Assembly (NCBI GenBank): GCA_902596545.1
Contig: CACJUH010000001.1
Location: 70,858 to 134,857 of the forward strand
Direction: 5' to 3'
Source of the DNA: an uncultured Candidatus Actinomarina sp.
Lineage (GTDB): Bacteria; Actinomycetota; Acidimicrobiia; Actinomarinales; Actinomarinaceae
DNA length: 64,000 nucleotides
Below are positions 40,883-51,027 of this stretch, one piece after another. The translations under genes and the position numbers were made by a program. Positions within the stretch are counted from its first letter, which is position 1, and each line of letters opens with the position of its first letter. A model generated the notes under the pieces. It saw only the letters and a list, made by a program, of their open reading frames with translations, had not been told where the DNA came from and did not search any database.

Positions 40883-41356
40883 ATGAAAAGAAAATTTCTA
40901 AAGATACTTAATCGGTATAGTTTAATTTATTTACCTTTAGGCTGGGTTATTGGATTAGCAATTTTCTTTTTTGCATTTGAGCCTTCAGCTGTCTTATATT
41001 TTCTAAGTTTTTTTGTTCTTGGAATATTTTATTTTCTGATTTCATATACTTCTAATCGCAAAATGGTTGACTCGTCTTATTCATATTCAGATTATGAAAA
41101 TTCAATTATTGAATTTTATTCTGATTACTGACTGGGTTGTACTGCTTCAAAATTCATAGTTGATGAATTTAAAAAAGAAAATCCAGAAGTTTTTTTTGTA
41201 TCAATTAATGCTAGTAAACAAAAAGATCATCCATTTATTGATGAGTACAAATTATTTAATACTCCAACATATGTTTTGATAAATAACAAAGGTGAAAAAA
41301 TAGTTAGAAGAGTTGGAACATTTAATCCCACCTACTTTAAAAAATATTTAGCTTAA
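40883..41356 (+). CDS. Membrane-anchored thioredoxin-fold protein with a single in-frame TGA (41129-41131) at the first redox-motif position. Candidate selenoprotein (UxxC) or recent pseudogene
   Basis: Two N-terminal TM helices, then beta1 of the Trx fold (SIIEFYSDY), TGA, LGCTASKF... and a cis-Pro motif (NTPTYVL), all in one frame. The TGA aligns with the first Cys of the thioredoxin WCGPC motif. A hairpin (aaattcat-agttg-atgaattt) lies at 41150-41170, 18 nt after the TGA. Confidence 0.5.
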
Positions 41357-41688
41357 GATACTCTATCGCCTAATTCTGAATCCTCTTCAGGTGACAACAA
41401 AAGCACATCTCCATTACTTGATATTGAACCTAATACTAAACACTGGCTCATTATTGGACCAATTTGCTTTTCACCTAAATTAATAACAGCTATACATTTT
41501 TTATCTGTAAGACTATTTAAATCATAATTTGTAATTTGAGCACTTGTTTTTTTTAGGCCAATTTCTTCACCAAAATCAATAGTTAGAATATACGCAGGTT
41601 TTATTGCTTCTTCAAATACTTCAGCTTTAACAATTTTTCCAACTCTTATATCTAATTTAGAAAATAAACCTACATTTTCACTATTCAT
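41353..41688 (-). CDS. csaA: tRNA-binding domain protein (CsaA/Myf-like)
   Basis: Trimmed to MNSENVGLFSKLDIRVGKIVKAE. Similar to B. subtilis CsaA (DIRVGKIVKAE, IDFG, INLG). Confidence 0.75.
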   Translation of the reverse strand: MNSENVGLFSKLDIRVGKIVKAEVFEEAIKPAYILTIDFGEEIGLKKTSAQITNYDLNSLTDKKCIAVINLGEKQIGPIMSQCLVLGSISSNGDVLLLSPEEDSELGDRVS

Positions 41689-41716
41689 ATAACAAACATA
41701 ATTACATACTGATAAC

Positions 41717-42262
41717 ATGTCAAAAATTTTCATCCTAAGTGCTGGAACAAGTCCTGATTCATATAACAATCAACTTGCGAAGCACCTAAGTAATTATTTT
41801 GATAAAAAAGGTTTAGAAAATGTTCTTTTTGACAATTTATATTCTGATATTCCATTTTTACTGGACACTCACGATGATGTTCCAGAAAAAATTCTTGAAA
41901 TGAGAAAATCATTAGAGGTATCTGAAAAAATAATTATTTTTAGCCCTGTTTACAACGGTGGGTTTTTAGCACATTTAAAAAATACTCTAGATTGGCTTTC
42001 ACTTGCATATGATGAAAACCGTTATAGTGCTTTATTTAAAGAAAAAAAAGTTGCAGTTGTTACAACCGTTAAGGGGGCTGGAGGTAATGCCCAGAAAGCA
42101 TTTGAAATTCTAAGTATGCAATTATCAAATTATGATTTGCAAGTTTTTGAAAAATTTCATTTAATCACTAAATCAGAACATCAAAATGAAAAAAGTATTC
42201 TAAACAATCGGGATGTTATTGAATCATTGAATAGTTATGCAGAAGAGTTTTTAGATTTATAG
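41717..42262 (+). CDS. NAD(P)H-dependent FMN reductase / flavodoxin-like fold protein
   Basis: 181 aa, MSKIFILSAGTSP..., IIFSPVYNGGF motif. Confidence 0.65.
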   Translation: MSKIFILSAGTSPDSYNNQLAKHLSNYFDKKGLENVLFDNLYSDIPFLLDTHDDVPEKILEMRKSLEVSEKIIIFSPVYNGGFLAHLKNTLDWLSLAYDENRYSALFKEKKVAVVTTVKGAGGNAQKAFEILSMQLSNYDLQVFEKFHLITKSEHQNEKSILNNRDVIESLNSYAEEFLDL

Positions 42263-42979
42263 TTTACTTTTTATTAAAGACTCCATTTTTGAAGTTAGTT
42301 CATCGACAGTGTAATCATTCACATTATAAATTGGATCTAATATTTCAATTTTAATTTCGCCACTTTTAAGCCAAACTTTTCCTTTAACCATCAAGTTATG
42401 AGCATTATGGGAAACAACTGGAATTACTGGGAGATTAAAATCTTTTGCAATATAAGCCGCCCCTTTTTTAAATGGCAACAACTCTTTTTGATTACTTCTT
42501 TTTCCTTCCGGAAATATCATAATTGAATTACCAAGCTTGATAACTTGGTTAATAGAGTCATTAATTTTTTCAAAATTTGCTTTTGCGTTTTTCCTATCAA
42601 TTCTTGGCAATCCTAAGGTTTTTAAAACTCTTCCAAAAATCGGTATTCTAAATAATTCTGTTTTTGTTAGAAATCTAATTGAAACAGGCAGAGCAGTGAT
42701 ATGTGTAAATATATCAAGAGTTGATGGATGATTTCCAATTACTACGTAGCTTTTTTTTGTATCTATTTTTTCCGCTCCAATAACATTTAATTCAACGCCT
42801 ACAAGTACTATTCCTATCCAGCCAAAGAATTCATATAGTTTTGTTGCAAGAACCCGTCCTTTCGGAACAAATGCTGTTATCACGATCAATAAACATAATG
42901 GAAACATTATAAAAATCATGAATAGTGGAAACAAGATAACAGTTTTTAAAAAGATTTTGATATTTATTCTTGCATCCAT
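42257..42979 (-). CDS. plsC: 1-acyl-sn-glycerol-3-phosphate acyltransferase
   Basis: 240 aa, HxxxxD motif (GNHPSTLDI), FPEGKRS motif, N-terminal TM helix. Confidence 0.85.
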   Translation of the reverse strand: MDARINIKIFLKTVILFPLFMIFIMFPLCLLIVITAFVPKGRVLATKLYEFFGWIGIVLVGVELNVIGAEKIDTKKSYVVIGNHPSTLDIFTHITALPVSIRFLTKTELFRIPIFGRVLKTLGLPRIDRKNAKANFEKINDSINQVIKLGNSIMIFPEGKRSNQKELLPFKKGAAYIAKDFNLPVIPVVSHNAHNLMVKGKVWLKSGEIKIEILDPIYNVNDYTVDELTSKMESLIKSKL

Positions 42980-43011
42980 AGTGCTATTTTAAGAAATATA
43001 ACTATGAGTTA

Positions 43012-43887
43012 TCAAATACTTATACCAAATTGTTTTTTTACACTCAAGCTTAGGAAATAAAATGAGCTTGCACATAATGTAAAACCTAATGTTGGCGGAA
43101 TTAAATTCCAATAATTGGTTCCACCTAGATAAGAACCATATGTGATTGCATCATAAATCATCATTCCCCAATTAGGCGTCCACCCAACTTGTCCATAAAA
43201 TGATGCAAAACCATATGCTAATATTCCATAGGTCGTACTTGCTAACATATAACTTACTGCGTATGGAACAACCACTGGCATTATGTGTCTTGTTGCTATG
43301 TATAGGTTTTTTCCACCTAACAATTTAGAAGCATTAATAAATTCTTGATTTGATATCTCTATAACTGCTGACCTTACAACTAAATAGCAGACACCTAGAC
43401 CTGATAAAATTCCATAAATTATACCAACTGATGACGGTGTCAAAGTATCTGTAAAATCTCCAGTTCCTAAAATAAGTAAAATTATTGGAGGAGAAATTAA
43501 AATTAATCCGGATGAAATTTCTTTAAAGATTAAATCTGTTCTTTTGAAAATAAAAGGAATTGTTGTACCCAAAAAAAGGCTTATTGATATTCCAATAAAA
43601 AAAGAAAATATTGATAGCTTAATTAAAGGGCCAGAGCCAGCTAAAAACATACTTAAGACATCTCTACCAAGTGGATCTGTACCTAATAGGTGTGCTTTTG
43701 AAGGTGTTGTTGGATGTGGAAAAACTTGTAAATCAAATCCTACAATTGGATCATAAATGCTTTCAGGCCAGATATTTCCTAGAAGCCAAGAATGAATTAG
43801 ATTTCCAATTATAAGTAAAAGTAAGAAAAAGTATCCTATTTTTCCGTGGTAAGTTTTATAAGTACTTTTAATTATATATTTAATCAT
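43012..43887 (-). CDS. ABC transporter permease, OppC/DppC-like
   Basis: 291 aa, 6 TM helices, binding-protein-dependent inner-membrane component. Confidence 0.85.
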   Translation of the reverse strand: MIKYIIKSTYKTYHGKIGYFFLLLLIIGNLIHSWLLGNIWPESIYDPIVGFDLQVFPHPTTPSKAHLLGTDPLGRDVLSMFLAGSGPLIKLSIFSFFIGISISLFLGTTIPFIFKRTDLIFKEISSGLILISPPIILLILGTGDFTDTLTPSSVGIIYGILSGLGVCYLVVRSAVIEISNQEFINASKLLGGKNLYIATRHIMPVVVPYAVSYMLASTTYGILAYGFASFYGQVGWTPNWGMMIYDAITYGSYLGGTNYWNLIPPTLGFTLCASSFYFLSLSVKKQFGISI

Positions 43888-45014
43888 TTTGCCCTTACCC
43901 TAGGGTCAATAATCATCTGAATTAAGGAAATTGTAATTCTTAAAATAATTGTTAATAATGCCAATAATAAAAACAAACCCATCGCAGCATTTGAATCTTG
44001 ATTCAATATTGTTTGATATAGTAAACTTCCCATTCCATTCCAATTTGTTGTTGATTCAACTATTACTAGAGATGCTATTGTAAACGGCAAGCCGAGCCCT
44101 ATTCGGGTGGCAAATGGACCAAAAGAATTCCTTATTATATGTTTTGAGAAAATTTTACTATTTGAATAACCCAAAGCTCTCGCGGTAAGTATGTGAGGCT
44201 CTCTAGCTATGTTTTGAGTAATGACATTAGTTAGAAGTACGTATTCTCCAATAAAAAATATAGTAAGAATGGATATTGTTTTGAAAGCATTTTTCGAGAG
44301 GAGAGCTACCTCATTAAATAGAATTGTGTCCGAATTGAAAATAAAAATGATAAAAATAAATACAATAAATGAAATTTTCAAAATAAATATCTTTAAATTG
44401 GTAAACAAATCAATTAAAGATGAGATAAAAATTGTTATTCCAAGCAAGAGTAAGAATAAAAATATATTTATTTTTAATTCACTAATTTCTAATAAACTAA
44501 TAGGTGTCTTTTCTATATTAAAAAAAGAAACTAGATATAAATATAAGTTATCAAACTTTGATCCAATAAGAAAAAGTATTATTGGAGGAAATAAGCTTAT
44601 GAGAAAAGTTGCAAAAGTATCTGAAAAGATTTTGTTTTTATGCAATTTTTTTATTGGCGTATTGATTGATGGAATTCTTGAAATATAAAATGCAAGTAAA
44701 AATGACGGAATAAGAATTTGAATAGTTGGAAAGAATGTTGAAGTAATATCTTTTCCCGATCTTTGTCTAAAACCACCAGTAGTTATCTCTCCATTAAAAA
44801 CTCCTAAAATCCATCTAAAATATCTCTGGTATAAAGGATCATTCACTCCAAGTGATTCTCTTAGAGCATCTAGCTCCGCTTGGCTCATCATAAGTCTCAA
44901 CGGGGTTAAAAAATCACCTGGAATTAGTAAGTTGATTCCATAAAACATAATTAGTAAGAAAATAAATAATGAGATTAAAGAAGAAAAAATTTCTCTAATG
45001 ATAAATTTAATCAT
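43884..45014 (-). CDS. ABC transporter permease, OppB/DppB-like, with a hydrophobic low-complexity insertion
   Basis: 376 aa, DppB-like N-terminus (MIKFIIREIFSSLISLFI...), C-terminal ...ALLTIILRITISLIQMIIDPRVR, extra Ile/Phe-rich insert. Confidence 0.8.
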   Translation of the reverse strand: MIKFIIREIFSSLISLFIFLLIMFYGINLLIPGDFLTPLRLMMSQAELDALRESLGVNDPLYQRYFRWILGVFNGEITTGGFRQRSGKDITSTFFPTIQILIPSFLLAFYISRIPSINTPIKKLHKNKIFSDTFATFLISLFPPIILFLIGSKFDNLYLYLVSFFNIEKTPISLLEISELKINIFLFLLLLGITIFISSLIDLFTNLKIFILKISFIVFIFIIFIFNSDTILFNEVALLSKNAFKTISILTIFFIGEYVLLTNVITQNIAREPHILTARALGYSNSKIFSKHIIRNSFGPFATRIGLGLPFTIASLVIVESTTNWNGMGSLLYQTILNQDSNAAMGLFLLLALLTIILRITISLIQMIIDPRVRAK

Positions 45015-45594
45015 TTTTTCGCATATCTACATAAGGTAAAACTATTTGAACTACTGGTCCTATACCAATTACAAACAAAATAGTAACATAACCAACTAAT
45101 CCGCCTAAAAGCCAACCAGTTAAAAAAGCAAATAATTCAATTAAATTTCTAGCTGTTCCAATTTTTAACCCAATTGTTTCTAAACCAACCATAACTCCAT
45201 CTCGTGGTCCAGCTCCCAAATCTGCACCAACATATATCGCAGTACCGGCACCAATTAAAATTATTCCAAAAGCAATAAGAGTAAGACTTAAAAAGATACT
45301 ATCTGATAATTCAAAATTTAAAATTATTAAATCTGCAACAATACCAACTAAAAAGATATCAACAATTGTGCCTAATCCTGGTTTTTGCTTTAATGGAATC
45401 CAAAGAAGCATTACAGCAACTCCAGTAATAATTATTGTTCTACCATAACTAATACCAAGCGTTTTAGAGAGTCCGTCATGAAAAACTCCCCAAGGTCCTA
45501 ATCCTAAATTTGCCAAGTAATTTAATGAAATTCCTATACCAATTAGCGATGTTCCTGAGAAGACTTGAATAAATTGTCTAATTTTTGTCGACAT
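45007..45594 (-). CDS. Hypothetical integral membrane protein
   Basis: 195 aa, 5-6 TM helices, Gly-rich (GADLGAGPRDG). No assignable family. Confidence 0.5.
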   Translation of the reverse strand: MSTKIRQFIQVFSGTSLIGIGISLNYLANLGLGPWGVFHDGLSKTLGISYGRTIIITGVAVMLLWIPLKQKPGLGTIVDIFLVGIVADLIILNFELSDSIFLSLTLIAFGIILIGAGTAIYVGADLGAGPRDGVMVGLETIGLKIGTARNLIELFAFLTGWLLGGLVGYVTILFVIGIGPVVQIVLPYVDMRKND

Positions 45595-45645
45595 TCATAT
45601 AGGATACAAGTTAAAAAAAATAATAAACTAAGTAGAATATTCTCT

Positions 45646-46362
45646 ATGAAAAAAAAATACATCGTTTTACTATTTTTATTAATTTTCTGTAGTCAGGAAA
45701 GCTCAATAGAGGAGGTTGATTTAACTACAACCTCTATGATGGAACAAAGTCAAGCTCTCGACGAAGATACAACAACTACAACTTCAGTTGAGATTGTACA
45801 ATTAGAAACTTTTGAAAATATAAAATTTGTAATTGAAAAAGAAGACAGCAGAGTTAGTTACCTAGCACCTAAACAGTTTTTAAATTCTGGTTTAGATATT
45901 GTTGAAGGCACTACCCGTGAAATCATTGGTGAGTTTACTTTAACTTTATCTGATTGTGACCAAGCTGACTCATGTTTGTATATAAAGAATCTGTCAATTA
46001 GAGCAGATATATCAACTTTAAAAAGTAATAATGTGATTAGAGATCAAGCTTTAAACAATCAATGGCTTCAGTCTGCACTTTTCCCAGAAGCTATATTTAG
46101 AATTGATGAATTAGTGTTACCAAATAAAAATTTTGATTCAAAAGTAGAAGATACTATCGTTGGAAAATTATCAATTAGGGAAATAGAACTTGATACACCT
46201 TTTTCAATCACTGCTTATCTTGAAGATGACAAAATATTTATATCTGGATTTACTGAGATTGATACTACTTGGTTTGGATTTGATGCACCAACAAGATTCA
46301 ATGCTTGGGAAGTTTTAAATCCTATTGGTATCAAGGTAGAGTTAGTAGCAAAAAGAAGTTAA
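45646..46362 (+). CDS. Putative secreted lipoprotein, possibly YceI-like
   Basis: Start trimmed to MKKKYIVLLFLLIFCSQ (signal peptide plus lipobox Cys). Thr/Glu-rich linker followed by a beta-rich domain. Confidence 0.5.
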   Translation: MKKKYIVLLFLLIFCSQESSIEEVDLTTTSMMEQSQALDEDTTTTTSVEIVQLETFENIKFVIEKEDSRVSYLAPKQFLNSGLDIVEGTTREIIGEFTLTLSDCDQADSCLYIKNLSIRADISTLKSNNVIRDQALNNQWLQSALFPEAIFRIDELVLPNKNFDSKVEDTIVGKLSIREIELDTPFSITAYLEDDKIFISGFTEIDTTWFGFDAPTRFNAWEVLNPIGIKVELVAKRS

Positions 46363-46884
46363 TTGATAGAAAATTTTGCATTTCAAGCTTTGAATAAACC
46401 ATATGATTATATAGAACTAGACTATGCAGCAGTTTCTATATTAGTTTACAAAAATAAGGAAATACTTTTTATTAAAAGGTCTGATAATATGCCTACTCAT
46501 AAGGGCCATATTGCATTTCCTGGAGGTAAAAAAGAATTATCTGACTCTAGTGTTGTTTCCACAGCTATCAGAGAGGCATCAGAAGAATTATTGATTTCAG
46601 AAAACCTAATTAAACCTGTCGGTATTTTAGAACCAATAGATACGGTTGAATATAAATTTTTAGTTTTTCCGATACTTTGTAGTTTATCTATGAAACCTAA
46701 ACAATTTAACACCAGTGAAGTTCAAAAAGTAATTTATGAACCTATAAGAAATTTGATGAACAAGGATAATTGGTCATTCAGAGGTGCATATTCTGATGAC
46801 TGGATATATATGTTAGGAGATGAAATTCTTTGGGGTGCAACAGCAAAAATGATTAGACTATTGCTTAAATTGAAATTAGTTTAA
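46363..46884 (+). CDS. NUDIX hydrolase
   Basis: 173 aa, Nudix box GGKKELSDSSVVSTAIREASEELLI, TTG start. Confidence 0.8.
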   Translation: MIENFAFQALNKPYDYIELDYAAVSILVYKNKEILFIKRSDNMPTHKGHIAFPGGKKELSDSSVVSTAIREASEELLISENLIKPVGILEPIDTVEYKFLVFPILCSLSMKPKQFNTSEVQKVIYEPIRNLMNKDNWSFRGAYSDDWIYMLGDEILWGATAKMIRLLLKLKLV

Positions 46885-47763
46885 GTTTTCAGATTCGTCT
46901 TTTACAGCTAGGTAAAGAGAGATAAAAATTAAAATTAAAGTTACAAAAAAGATATTATCAACAATTTCGTCGAGAAATATGTATCCAACCAAAATTCCAA
47001 CAATTGGAACAACGTAATCAACTAAAGTAGTAAAAGTTGCAGACAGTCTCTTAATTGTGTATAGAAATAAGGAGTAATTAAAAATATCTATAAATGCAAG
47101 TCCAAACAATTTTGACAATTCACCAGCTGTCAATATTTCGAATTTTCCATCTAATATAAAAAATAAAATAATTGATATTACTGAACCAACCAACCATTGA
47201 GTTAAGAGATATGTTTTAGATGGTATATACTGCAAGTGTTTTTTATTTGTAATATTGCTTAGTGCTAGGCCTTGAACTCCAAGTACCGCAAGTAATCCAC
47301 CAATAAGCAAATTTCCTTCATTAGATAATCCAGTTGCTCCAGAGAAAAAGAGGATAATCAGTCCAATAAGACCAGTTAATACTGAAACAATTTTTAAATT
47401 TGTAATTTTTTCATCTTTATATAACAAAAGCACCCAAAAAACTGTGAATAAAGGAATTGTAGAAATGAAAATACTTTGAAGTCCAGAAGAGATGTATTTA
47501 AGAGCATAAATAAAAGCCCATCCAGGAATAAAGATTGCAAGTATTCCTGATAGGGAGCCTTTAAGAAAATACTCTACAGAAATTGATGAAATAAATTCTC
47601 TAAAGCAATAAATTCCAATGAGTAAAGTAACCACTGATATTCTTGATGTAACTATAAAAATTTCATTTACTCCATCAATAAGAAGACTTCGATTTAGTAA
47701 TCCATGAAAACCAAAAAGGGTACCAATTAAAATTATGTTTCTTAAGCCAGCATATGCAGACAT
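46876..47763 (-). CDS. EamA/DMT-family transporter
   Basis: 295 aa, ten TM helices in two EamA-like halves. Confidence 0.8.
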   Translation of the reverse strand: MSAYAGLRNIILIGTLFGFHGLLNRSLLIDGVNEIFIVTSRISVVTLLIGIYCFREFISSISVEYFLKGSLSGILAIFIPGWAFIYALKYISSGLQSIFISTIPLFTVFWVLLLYKDEKITNLKIVSVLTGLIGLIILFFSGATGLSNEGNLLIGGLLAVLGVQGLALSNITNKKHLQYIPSKTYLLTQWLVGSVISIILFFILDGKFEILTAGELSKLFGLAFIDIFNYSLFLYTIKRLSATFTTLVDYVVPIVGILVGYIFLDEIVDNIFFVTLILIFISLYLAVKDESENLN

Positions 47764-47822
47764 TGAATATTCAGGTTTGATAAAAACACTCCAATTTGAA
47801 TTAGTTTATTAGAATAGCAGAT

Positions 47823-48797
47823 ATGAAAACAGTTTTTTCCGGAATCCAACCTAGTGGGTTAGTACATTTGGGTAATCTCCTTGGAGCAATAAACAATTGG
47901 GCAAAATTATCAAATGAAGACTCAAAAAATTATTTTTGTATTGTTGATCTACATTCTTTAACAGCAATGCCTAATAAATCTGACTTAAAAGACAGCATCA
48001 AAAACACATTAAAAGTTCTATTAGCATCTGGAATTAATTTGGAAAATTCTGTAATTTATGTACAAAGTGATCTTAAAGACCACGCCTATTTATCTTGGAT
48101 ACTGTCAAATTTTTGCCAAGTTGGTGAATTGCAACGAATGACACAATTTAAGGAAAAAGCTTCTTCGTTTGGAACGCACTCTGGTCTTTTGACTTACCCC
48201 ATCCTAATGGCAGCGGATATTTTAATTCATAAAGCAAACGAGGTCCCAGTAGGTGACGATCAAACTCAACATTTAGAATTAACAAGAAATATAGCTGAAA
48301 GATTTAATAATAATTATGGTGAAATATTTCCAATACCTGAAAAAACTAGTGGAAAATATGGTGCTCGATTAATGTCTTTGAGACATCCAGAAAACAAAAT
48401 GTCAAAAAGCTCAGATGATATTAACGGTACAATTTATTTCAATGATTCAAAAGATTCAATTATCAAAAAATTTAAATCTTCTGTTACAGACTCAAGTAAT
48501 TCAATAGCATATGATATTAAATCAAAGGCGGGGATAAGTAATTTGATAGAGATATACTCATCTATTAATAATCTAGAAATAAAAGAAACTGAAAAAAAGT
48601 TTAATGATTATCAATATGGAGAATTTAAAATTGCCGTAGCAGAGTCAGTAATTTCATACTTGGAACCGATCAATGAAAAATTTAATAATTTAGGTGATAA
48701 AGAAGTAGATGAAATAATTAGAAAAAATTTAGAATTAGCAAAAGAGTCTGCTGAACTTACAATATCAGAAGTAGAAGATGCTTTAGGTATAAGTTAA
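47823..48797 (+). CDS. trpS: Tryptophan--tRNA ligase
   Basis: 324 aa, HIGH-type motif (GIQPSGLVHLGN), KMSKS. Confidence 0.95.
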   Translation: MKTVFSGIQPSGLVHLGNLLGAINNWAKLSNEDSKNYFCIVDLHSLTAMPNKSDLKDSIKNTLKVLLASGINLENSVIYVQSDLKDHAYLSWILSNFCQVGELQRMTQFKEKASSFGTHSGLLTYPILMAADILIHKANEVPVGDDQTQHLELTRNIAERFNNNYGEIFPIPEKTSGKYGARLMSLRHPENKMSKSSDDINGTIYFNDSKDSIIKKFKSSVTDSSNSIAYDIKSKAGISNLIEIYSSINNLEIKETEKKFNDYQYGEFKIAVAESVISYLEPINEKFNNLGDKEVDEIIRKNLELAKESAELTISEVEDALGIS

Positions 48798-48832
48798 TCA
48801 ATGAGTATAAAGACAGAAAAGCCTAAATCTTA

Positions 48833-50974
48833 ATGTCATTGGATTCTAATTTACCGGAAGACTGGAAAAAATTACTAAACCCAAGTCAGATTCAAGCCAT
48901 AGAAACAATTAATGGACCTGTATTAATAATGGCAGGAGCAGGTTCAGGTAAAACTAGAGTATTGACTCATAGGTATGCCCATTTAGTAAAACACCATAAT
49001 GTAGACGTTGAGCAAATATTGGCTATTACATTTACAAATAAAGCAGCAGAAGAAATGAAATCAAGAATAAGTAAGCTTCTTAATTTAAAAATTTCACCAA
49101 AGTGGATATCAACTTTCCATAGTTTGTGTGTAAAAATTTTAAGAATCCATGGAGATAAGATAGGTTACAAAAGCAACTTTACTATTTACGATCAATCTGA
49201 TTCAAATAAAGTGATTAGGAATTGTATGTCTGAAAACAATGTTGACCTTAAACAATATTCACCAAAACGTTTCCAGGCACATATATCTAATCTTAAGAAC
49301 AGCATGATAAGCCCTGGGGAGGCACTAGAGAATGCAGAATCTTTTTTTGAAGTAAAAGTTGCCGAAATTTATTCAAGCTATGAAAAAAAATTAATAATTG
49401 CTAATTCAATGGATTTTGATGATCTTTTAATTAAAACTGTAGAACTTTTACAAACAAATGAAAGCATTTTGAAGTTTTGGTCTAATAAATTTCAATTCAT
49501 CATGGTTGATGAATACCAAGATACAAATTTTGTACAATACAAATTAGTTGAGCTTCTTGGTTCAAATAATAAAAATGTTTGTGTAGTTGGAGACTCGGAT
49601 CAAAGTATCTATGCATTTAGGGGTGCGGATATTAGAAATATTATTGAATTTGAAAAAGATTTTAGTAACGCAACAGTTATTCAACTAGATAAAAACTACA
49701 GATCTTCTAAAAAGATTCTTAATTTAGCTAACTCAGTCATATCTAATAATCCACGAAAAATTGAAAAAAATCTTTGGACTGATAACGAAGATGGTTTAGA
49801 TATTTCATCATTTAGATTTAGATCTGAAAAAGATGAAGCAAGATGGGTTGCAGAAGAAGTTAAAAACCTAATAGATTCATCCAAAGAGAATGAGGTTGCA
49901 ATTTTTTATAGAACCAATAGCCAATCACGTTTATTTGAGGAAGAACTAAGAATGTTAAATATTAATTATAAAGTCATTGGCAGTGTGAGATTTTATGACA
50001 GAAAAGAGATTAAAGATATAATCTCATACCTACAATTTTTAGTTAATGATAGTGATACAGTTGCATTTGAAAGAATTGTAAATGTTCCAAGGCGAGGAAT
50101 AGGAGAGTCTACTGTAAAAAAAATAAGGATATATTTAAATGAAACAGGAAAGTCTATATTTGAAGCACTGGAATCAATAGAGGAGATTAAAAATATTTCT
50201 CCACGAATTAAAGGAAGTCTCTCGGAATTTAAAGATTTAATTACTGAACTAAAGTCCTATTCGCTTCAAGGTCCCTCGAAAACAATCCAAAACGTTTTGG
50301 AGCTTACAGGATATAAAATGAGTTTGATTAAAGAAGGTACACTAGAGTCACAAATGCGCATAGAAAATATTGAAGAACTTCTAAATTCCGCATTTAGTTT
50401 TGAGAATTTGTATGAAGAAGAAATTGATGAACCTTATGGAATGCTCAGAGATTACTTAGAATCCATTGCCCTATTTTCTGAAACTGATAAATTAGAAGAT
50501 GCTGATAGAGTTTTGTTGATGACTCTACATAACGCAAAAGGCTTGGAGTTTCCATATGTATTTATGACTGGAATGGAAGAAAATTTATTTCCGCATGAAA
50601 GAAGTTCTCAAGGAGATAACTCTGAAATTGAGGAAGAAAGAAGACTTTGTTATGTTGGAATAACAAGAGCTGAAAAAAAGCTTTATTTAACTCATTCGTG
50701 GTCAAGGACACTTTGGGGTGGCACAGTTTATAATTTACCAAGCCGTTTTCTAGAAGAGGGTTCTAGTCATTTTGATACTGTAGATTTTTCACTTGATACT
50801 AAACAAAAAGACTCTACTCAGCTTGAAGTTGGTACAGGTCAAAAAATAATTCATGAAAAATATGGAGAAGGGCTTGTTTTAGAAGTTCAGGGAAATGAAA
50901 TAACTGTTCAATTTAATGATGATATTGGAGTAAAGTATCTTGATGTAGAATGGGCACCCATAAAATTTCAATAA
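48833..50974 (+). CDS. pcrA: ATP-dependent DNA helicase PcrA/UvrD
   Basis: 713 aa, AGAGSGKTRVLTHR Walker A, SF1 helicase motifs. Confidence 0.92.
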   Translation: MSLDSNLPEDWKKLLNPSQIQAIETINGPVLIMAGAGSGKTRVLTHRYAHLVKHHNVDVEQILAITFTNKAAEEMKSRISKLLNLKISPKWISTFHSLCVKILRIHGDKIGYKSNFTIYDQSDSNKVIRNCMSENNVDLKQYSPKRFQAHISNLKNSMISPGEALENAESFFEVKVAEIYSSYEKKLIIANSMDFDDLLIKTVELLQTNESILKFWSNKFQFIMVDEYQDTNFVQYKLVELLGSNNKNVCVVGDSDQSIYAFRGADIRNIIEFEKDFSNATVIQLDKNYRSSKKILNLANSVISNNPRKIEKNLWTDNEDGLDISSFRFRSEKDEARWVAEEVKNLIDSSKENEVAIFYRTNSQSRLFEEELRMLNINYKVIGSVRFYDRKEIKDIISYLQFLVNDSDTVAFERIVNVPRRGIGESTVKKIRIYLNETGKSIFEALESIEEIKNISPRIKGSLSEFKDLITELKSYSLQGPSKTIQNVLELTGYKMSLIKEGTLESQMRIENIEELLNSAFSFENLYEEEIDEPYGMLRDYLESIALFSETDKLEDADRVLLMTLHNAKGLEFPYVFMTGMEENLFPHERSSQGDNSEIEEERRLCYVGITRAEKKLYLTHSWSRTLWGGTVYNLPSRFLEEGSSHFDTVDFSLDTKQKDSTQLEVGTGQKIIHEKYGEGLVLEVQGNEITVQFNDDIGVKYLDVEWAPIKFQ

Positions 50975-51027
50975 AATATGAAGCATAATTTTATTTCATT
51001 TGTAATCTATATTCTTGTTATAAGATT

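Noticed and set aside
41129-41131. The TGA could be a genuine stop, giving an 82-aa membrane protein (the ORF in the track) and leaving the downstream sequence non-coding
   Set aside because: The stop would cut a thioredoxin fold after its first beta strand. The downstream 75 codons stay in the same frame, contain no stops and preserve the CxxC-aligned Cys and the cis-Pro motif. A Sec codon or a very recent pseudogene explains this better. I cannot tell which without the rest of the genome.
44221-44688. 155-aa plus-strand ORF inside the OppB-like permease
   Set aside because: It is antisense to the Ile/Phe-rich insertion of the permease. It is Lys/Ile/Asn-rich low complexity with no ribosome-binding site.
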